A DNA stretch of 64,000 bases from the NCBI GenBank assembly GCA_951406725.2, contig OX597819.1, forward strand, positions 135,160,001 through 135,224,000, given 5' to 3'. Below, one piece after another: positions 59,290 through 64,000 of this stretch. Position 1 is the first letter of the stretch. Every line of letters begins with the position of its first letter. The notes under the pieces are model-generated. The model ran no database searches. It had not been told where the DNA came from and saw only the letters and a list, made by a program, of their open reading frames with translations. Source of the DNA: Octopus vulgaris (lineage: Eukaryota). Position numbers and translations under genes: made by a program.

Positions 59290-60419
59290 CTGGCCTTTCA
59301 AGGTAACTGGACGACATTCTTCCTGCTCCCCTGTCGTTCACAAAAAATTCTGCGTTTGCAATACTTTTTTCGTTCGGCGTCAACAGCCCTTCTTATCTTG
59401 TTTTTCCCTGTCCTGTCTTTTACTGTTTATATTTTTTTACTGTTTATATTTTGTACTGTCGTTACTGTCCTGTTTTTTTACCATTTTTTTACCATTTTTT
59501 ACCCCTCTGCGAAAAGATCTCAGAATTTTAATTGATTTGCTTTTCGCAGGAAGGAAAAGTTTCTTGTCGAAGATACGTCTCGCTTTAATCCTTCAAAACG
59601 TAGAGTAGATGAAACCATAGCGACTGAAGAAGGGGTTTTTTCTTTGTGTTAATTGTCCTGTACTCCATTTTTTGTTGTTTTTAAAAAAATGTCCAGTTCC
59701 TTTGGTTTGTGTCTATGTTTTCGTTTCTCATTGTGTTCGACGTCCGTTTGGTGTCCTGTACTCATATATGCGTGTATATGTACATGTAGAGGTAGGTACG
59801 TACATATATGTTTATATATATGCATATGTTTTATTTCATTTATTAATATATATATATATATATATTTATATATATGCATGTATACAATAAATACACATGT
59901 TTGTGTATGTGTTTGTGTGTGTGTACATAAATATATACACACATATACATACATATATATATATGTATATAGAGAGTATATAAGGAGTTTTCATCAACCA
60001 ACTTTAAGTAATTGGTATGTACTGTATGAGTTCTCAGTTTGGTTTACCATTAAAAGTCTGGTTGAACTGCAATTAAAGAATGTGGTGTTGAGACTGCTAA
60101 TCGAAGGTGGCTAAAAGTGATTTCTCCTTGAGCAGATGGGTTTAGATTAAAATTAAAAAAGACTGAAAAAGCATACAACACAATAGAACAACCATAAGCC
60201 AGAAATAAATTAGAGAATTTGAAATTATTTAGATTTTATGCACTTACGAGATTCTCTACATTATTGATAATAAAACTATTTTTGCCAAAGAGCTGTTGAT
60301 ATTCAATTGGTACTTTACAGTATTTGAATCTTTCATTTTTAATTTATGTTGAGGATGTAACTATCACTGAGTTTATTAACACATATACAGTTGTAGCTGC
60401 ATTAGTAATATTCCTTCAA

Positions 60420-60720
60420 AATCATCATTGGCGACAGCAGCACCACCTCCACTGCCACCACCACCACCACCACTATCATCATTACCATCACCATCATCAT
60501 CAGCACCATTATCATCCTTGTTTGCAAGCATCATCATCATTACCATCATCATGGTGATCATCACCATCATCATCGCCATGATAATCATCATTTTCGTCAT
60601 CGTCACCATCAACTCTTCCTCTTCCTCCTCCTTACTTTTCATCTTCTCCTCCCCTCCTTCCCCACCTCTTCTCCTCCTCCTCCTCTTCTTCTTCTCCTTC
60701 TTCTTCATCTTCTTTATTCA
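60420..60720. repeat. Compound trinucleotide low-complexity tract (CAC/CAT/CTC/CTT)
   Basis: Seen directly. Confidence 0.9.
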
Positions 60721-60962
60721 TCTCACATCCTTTCTATGTCCCACATCTTTCTACCATCACAGTCTTTCTTCTCTTTACCCTACTGACCCCTTCTGCAACT
60801 GATTTGTATTGTTTTGCATAACCAACAGATGATGTTTGCTTCATTTTTTCCTACCTATCAAACAACCTTAACATTCAGAATCCATGTTTGGTTGCCATGC
60901 AACATTGTATTTTCTACAAAAGGATCACACAACATACAAACTGCCTTTCACTAAGAAGGAGA

Positions 60963-60997
<35 letters not shown>

Positions 60998-61129
60998 GAA
61001 AGAGAAAGAGAAAGTAAAAGCGAGAGAAAGATAAAGATAAAATGAAAGTGAAAGAGAGGGAATTCATTTTTCAGGTGAAGTTAATAGTTTCCAGAACTTT
61101 TTTTACACTCACCCCTCTTGTGGCCATTG

Positions 61130-62150
61130 TATATTCAGACCACCCTCCTCTGCAGCTTATTTTGGTCACCTAGGTATCAGAGACTATTAATTCATTCTAG
61201 AAAACCTGAGGGCATTTAAAATAATTTATTTTACAGGTGCTCTCACTATTCCATTATATCTGCTACAAGCAAAAGCTCTCTTAACTCCCAGCCTGCCTCT
61301 GATCCCAATGCATCACTTGTGCCCCTATAATTTGCACTTGGCACCACAAATAACATTATAATCTATCACTTATCAACTCATCAAGCATAGTCCCTTCCTA
61401 AAAGATAGTAATTTCATCTATTATTGCTGTCTTTGTGAGGTTTTGTTAAAGACATCTTGATACAAAATTTTGCTTCACATTTGCAATTTTTTTTCTCTAA
61501 TTCTTTGATTCAGCAATAGCTAAATCATCAGAATATAAAAGGTTTTGCAGGCAACTGATTTTAAATCTATTTTTATGACAGTAAGGATTGTAATAAACAG
61601 CAGTGGCATGAGAATTAAGCCCTGGTGAACTCCTGCTTGCACTTGTTGTTAACCTTACTTTACTGATTGCATCTTTACACATGATTTTTATAAAACACTC
61701 ATTATTCAGATGCAGTTTTCTTAGAAGCCACTAAATACAGATTATGGTACACCCTGTCAAAGGCCCTCTCCAGATCAACAAATGCTAGGTATCTTATTAT
61801 GAGTTATGTCAAAAGTTTTGCAATACTTCGCTAACTTCTTTGCTTTATTCCTCAAGTTACTTCAAAAGCAGTCTAGTATTCAACGTAGAGGCTATTGTGT
61901 TGCATTGCCTGAAGCCACCTTTCTGCCAGTTCTTATCCCTCGAGGTGAAGAACTTCATTGAAGGTTGATGAAATGTTACCAAAATATTGCAAAGTTTTTG
62001 ACTCAACACAATATAATGATTTGCTTTCTGTAAAAGCTTCTCTAGCTGCCTCACTCAGAAGACAGCAGTGGTAACCTGTCCTAGTAATGATTTAAGCTAA
62101 TTTTCTTCCTAATTAGTTGTGGTAAACCTTTTCTTGTTACTTTCATAACT
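61130..62150 (-). mobile_element. Highly decayed RTE RT remnant
   Basis: LAFVDLERAFDRV and LLYSDDLAIAES on the minus strand. Confidence 0.7.
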
Positions 62151-62959
62151 AGGTTCATCAATTTGATACCTCTGGAGTTGCTTTGTTTAAGAGCATTTCT
62201 TTTTCTCTTGTAATAATGTGTGAGTGTGTAACTGTGTGTTTTCATTTCTGTGTGTGTGTGTGTGTGCGCGCGTGTGTTTGTCCCTGTATGTGAGTGTGTA
62301 ACTGTATTTCCATTTGTGTGTGTGTGTGTGTTTGTGCGCTTGTGTATGAGTGTCTGTGTGTGAGTGTTTTCATTTCAGTGTTTGTGTGTGTGTGTGTTAG
62401 TGTTTTCATTTCAGTGTGTGCGTGTGTGTGTTTTTATTTCTGTGTGTGTGTGACAATTACAGCTACAACAAACAATTTGACCAGCTCTAACTTACCCACA
62501 TTTTCAGATCACTAACTACCAAATCAAAAGAAATTCAATTTATTGCATCTTTAGCGACTTCAGATATTGCTTGAATTTTTCTCATATGGCGACAATGTAT
62601 TTATTTCAAAAGTGGATAAAACAAATTCTCATACTGGTGTGGAGGGGACTGAGATTCTAACTGGGGGTGCTAATCACCCAATGCCCCCCCCCCCCCCGTA
62701 TCTACGTACCTGGACCGGCCACAATTGGTCTCATTCTGAGATCTCTCGGGTGTTTTGTATACAGTGCTCAGGTGCACCACAATTTGTCAAAAGTGTGTAT
62801 AAAGCATATGCAGTGATGTAAATGTCTGGAAAGTGAACAGTGTATGAGTCAGATACATGCTTGCGTGTATATATGGAGGGGAGAAAATCAGGTGTAGTGT
62901 TGGCGAATCTCAGGAGCTCCAACAACTAACAACTGATGCCGGCAGTTTGTTCCATACTT

Positions 62960-64000
62960 CAGCAACTTAGCGTGAAAAAATGTTTCCGAAAGTCATGGGA
63001 GCTGTGCTGTTTTCTGACTTTGTAAACATGTCCACGGGTGTTAGACAGGTGGAGTTTGAAAAGGTGCTCAGAGTTATTGTTAGTAAGATGGTTACTAATT
63101 TTATTGGTGTCTGCCAAGTCAGCTGCCAGATGTCAGAGTTTCAATGTATCCATGCCGAGGGAAGTAAGGCGTTCAGAATATGGCAAATAGCTGATGGAGG
63201 GTATTCTCTTGGTTGCACATTGCTGAATGGTTTCCAGACGATTAATATCCTGGGCAAGATAGGGGTTCCAGACCAGTGATGCAAATTCCAGGTGAGGCCG
63301 CACCATAGCTATATAAAGCCTCAGATAGATAGCCGGAGAGCAGCTCATAAAGGACTTGGTAAGAGATGCCAAGACACCCTCAGCCTTCTTGTCAATTTTA
63401 GCAATCTGTTTTGTCCAACACAAATCTCTGTCGACAATAATGCCCTGGTCATGTTCGCAAGAAAACTTTTTGAGATTAGTGTTGTGGAGGGATTAAGCAG
63501 ATGCTGAGTTGCCAGTCCATGATCCGCTGCTGCATTGTGTCCAGGTCTGATTGCAATGAAGATCTATAGTGTACAGGATCTGTCCACTTTATTTCGAGGT
63601 ACAGCTTGATGTCATCTGAATATTTCAGCACTGTGGCGTTCTTTAAGTTGGCATCTATGTCATTAACATATGCAACAAATAAAAGTGGGGCAAGAATAGA
63701 TCCCTGTGGCACACCAGATGTCATCTCATAGGGTGAAGAGTGCTGTCCTAGAACTGTGACAACCTCTTTTCGGCCGATAACGAAGGACTTCAACCAGTTA
63801 TAGAGATCATCTCTTACACCCAACGCAGAGAGTTTCACCATAAGTCTTTTGTGTGGCACAGAATTAAAAGCCTTGGCAAAGTCCAGGTAAACAACATCCA
63901 CCCAGGAGCTGCCATCAGTGATTCGGGTAATGTCCTCAAGAAACTCAATGAGTTGATTATAGCAGCTGGAGTTAGGAAAAAATCCAAATTGTGACGGCTA
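62960..64000 (-). mobile_element. CR1-like LINE RT fragment, cut by window edge
   Basis: DVVYLDFAKAFNSVPH, SGVPQGSILAPLLF, KYSDDIKL, VRPHLEFASLVWNP. Confidence 0.92.

Noticed and set aside
59280-59800. Hammerhead around CTGAAGA at ~59623
   Set aside because: No downstream helix II-GAAA-helix III arrangement could be built.
60324-60802. Poly-His/Pro/Glu ORFs
   Set aside because: Trinucleotide low-complexity DNA open on both strands with no splice or domain support.

Overview
Eukaryotic, AT-rich and repeat-dense DNA. The repeat repertoire (RTE/CR1 LINEs with (GAT)n tails, tRNA-derived SINEs, long (TA)n tracts) suggests an octopus or other cephalopod genome; this is an inference. One host gene is reconstructable: a 4-exon + strand SREK1IP1-like CCHC zinc-knuckle gene, join(16467..16485,19959..20027,30628..30859,34447..34933), 268 aa, with GT-AG introns in matching phases. 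The rest is a ~9.6 kb array of a 30-32 bp minisatellite (2561-12160), decayed non-LTR retrotransposons of at least five kinds (RTE/BovB-like, PHD-bearing RTE, CR1, CRE, HERO/NeSL-like, R4/Dong-like), mariner/Tc1 relics, MITEs, SINEs and fold-back repeats. The most interesting signals are three type I hammerhead-ribozyme-like motifs (two inside fold-backs, one of these sense in the gene's intron 2), a circularly permuted RTE insertion bounded by a 12-bp direct repeat, two inverted RTE copies sharing private lesions, and a 2,558-bp duplication signature in the satellite. Repeat boundaries were read by eye and are approximate; no database searches or folding programs were run.
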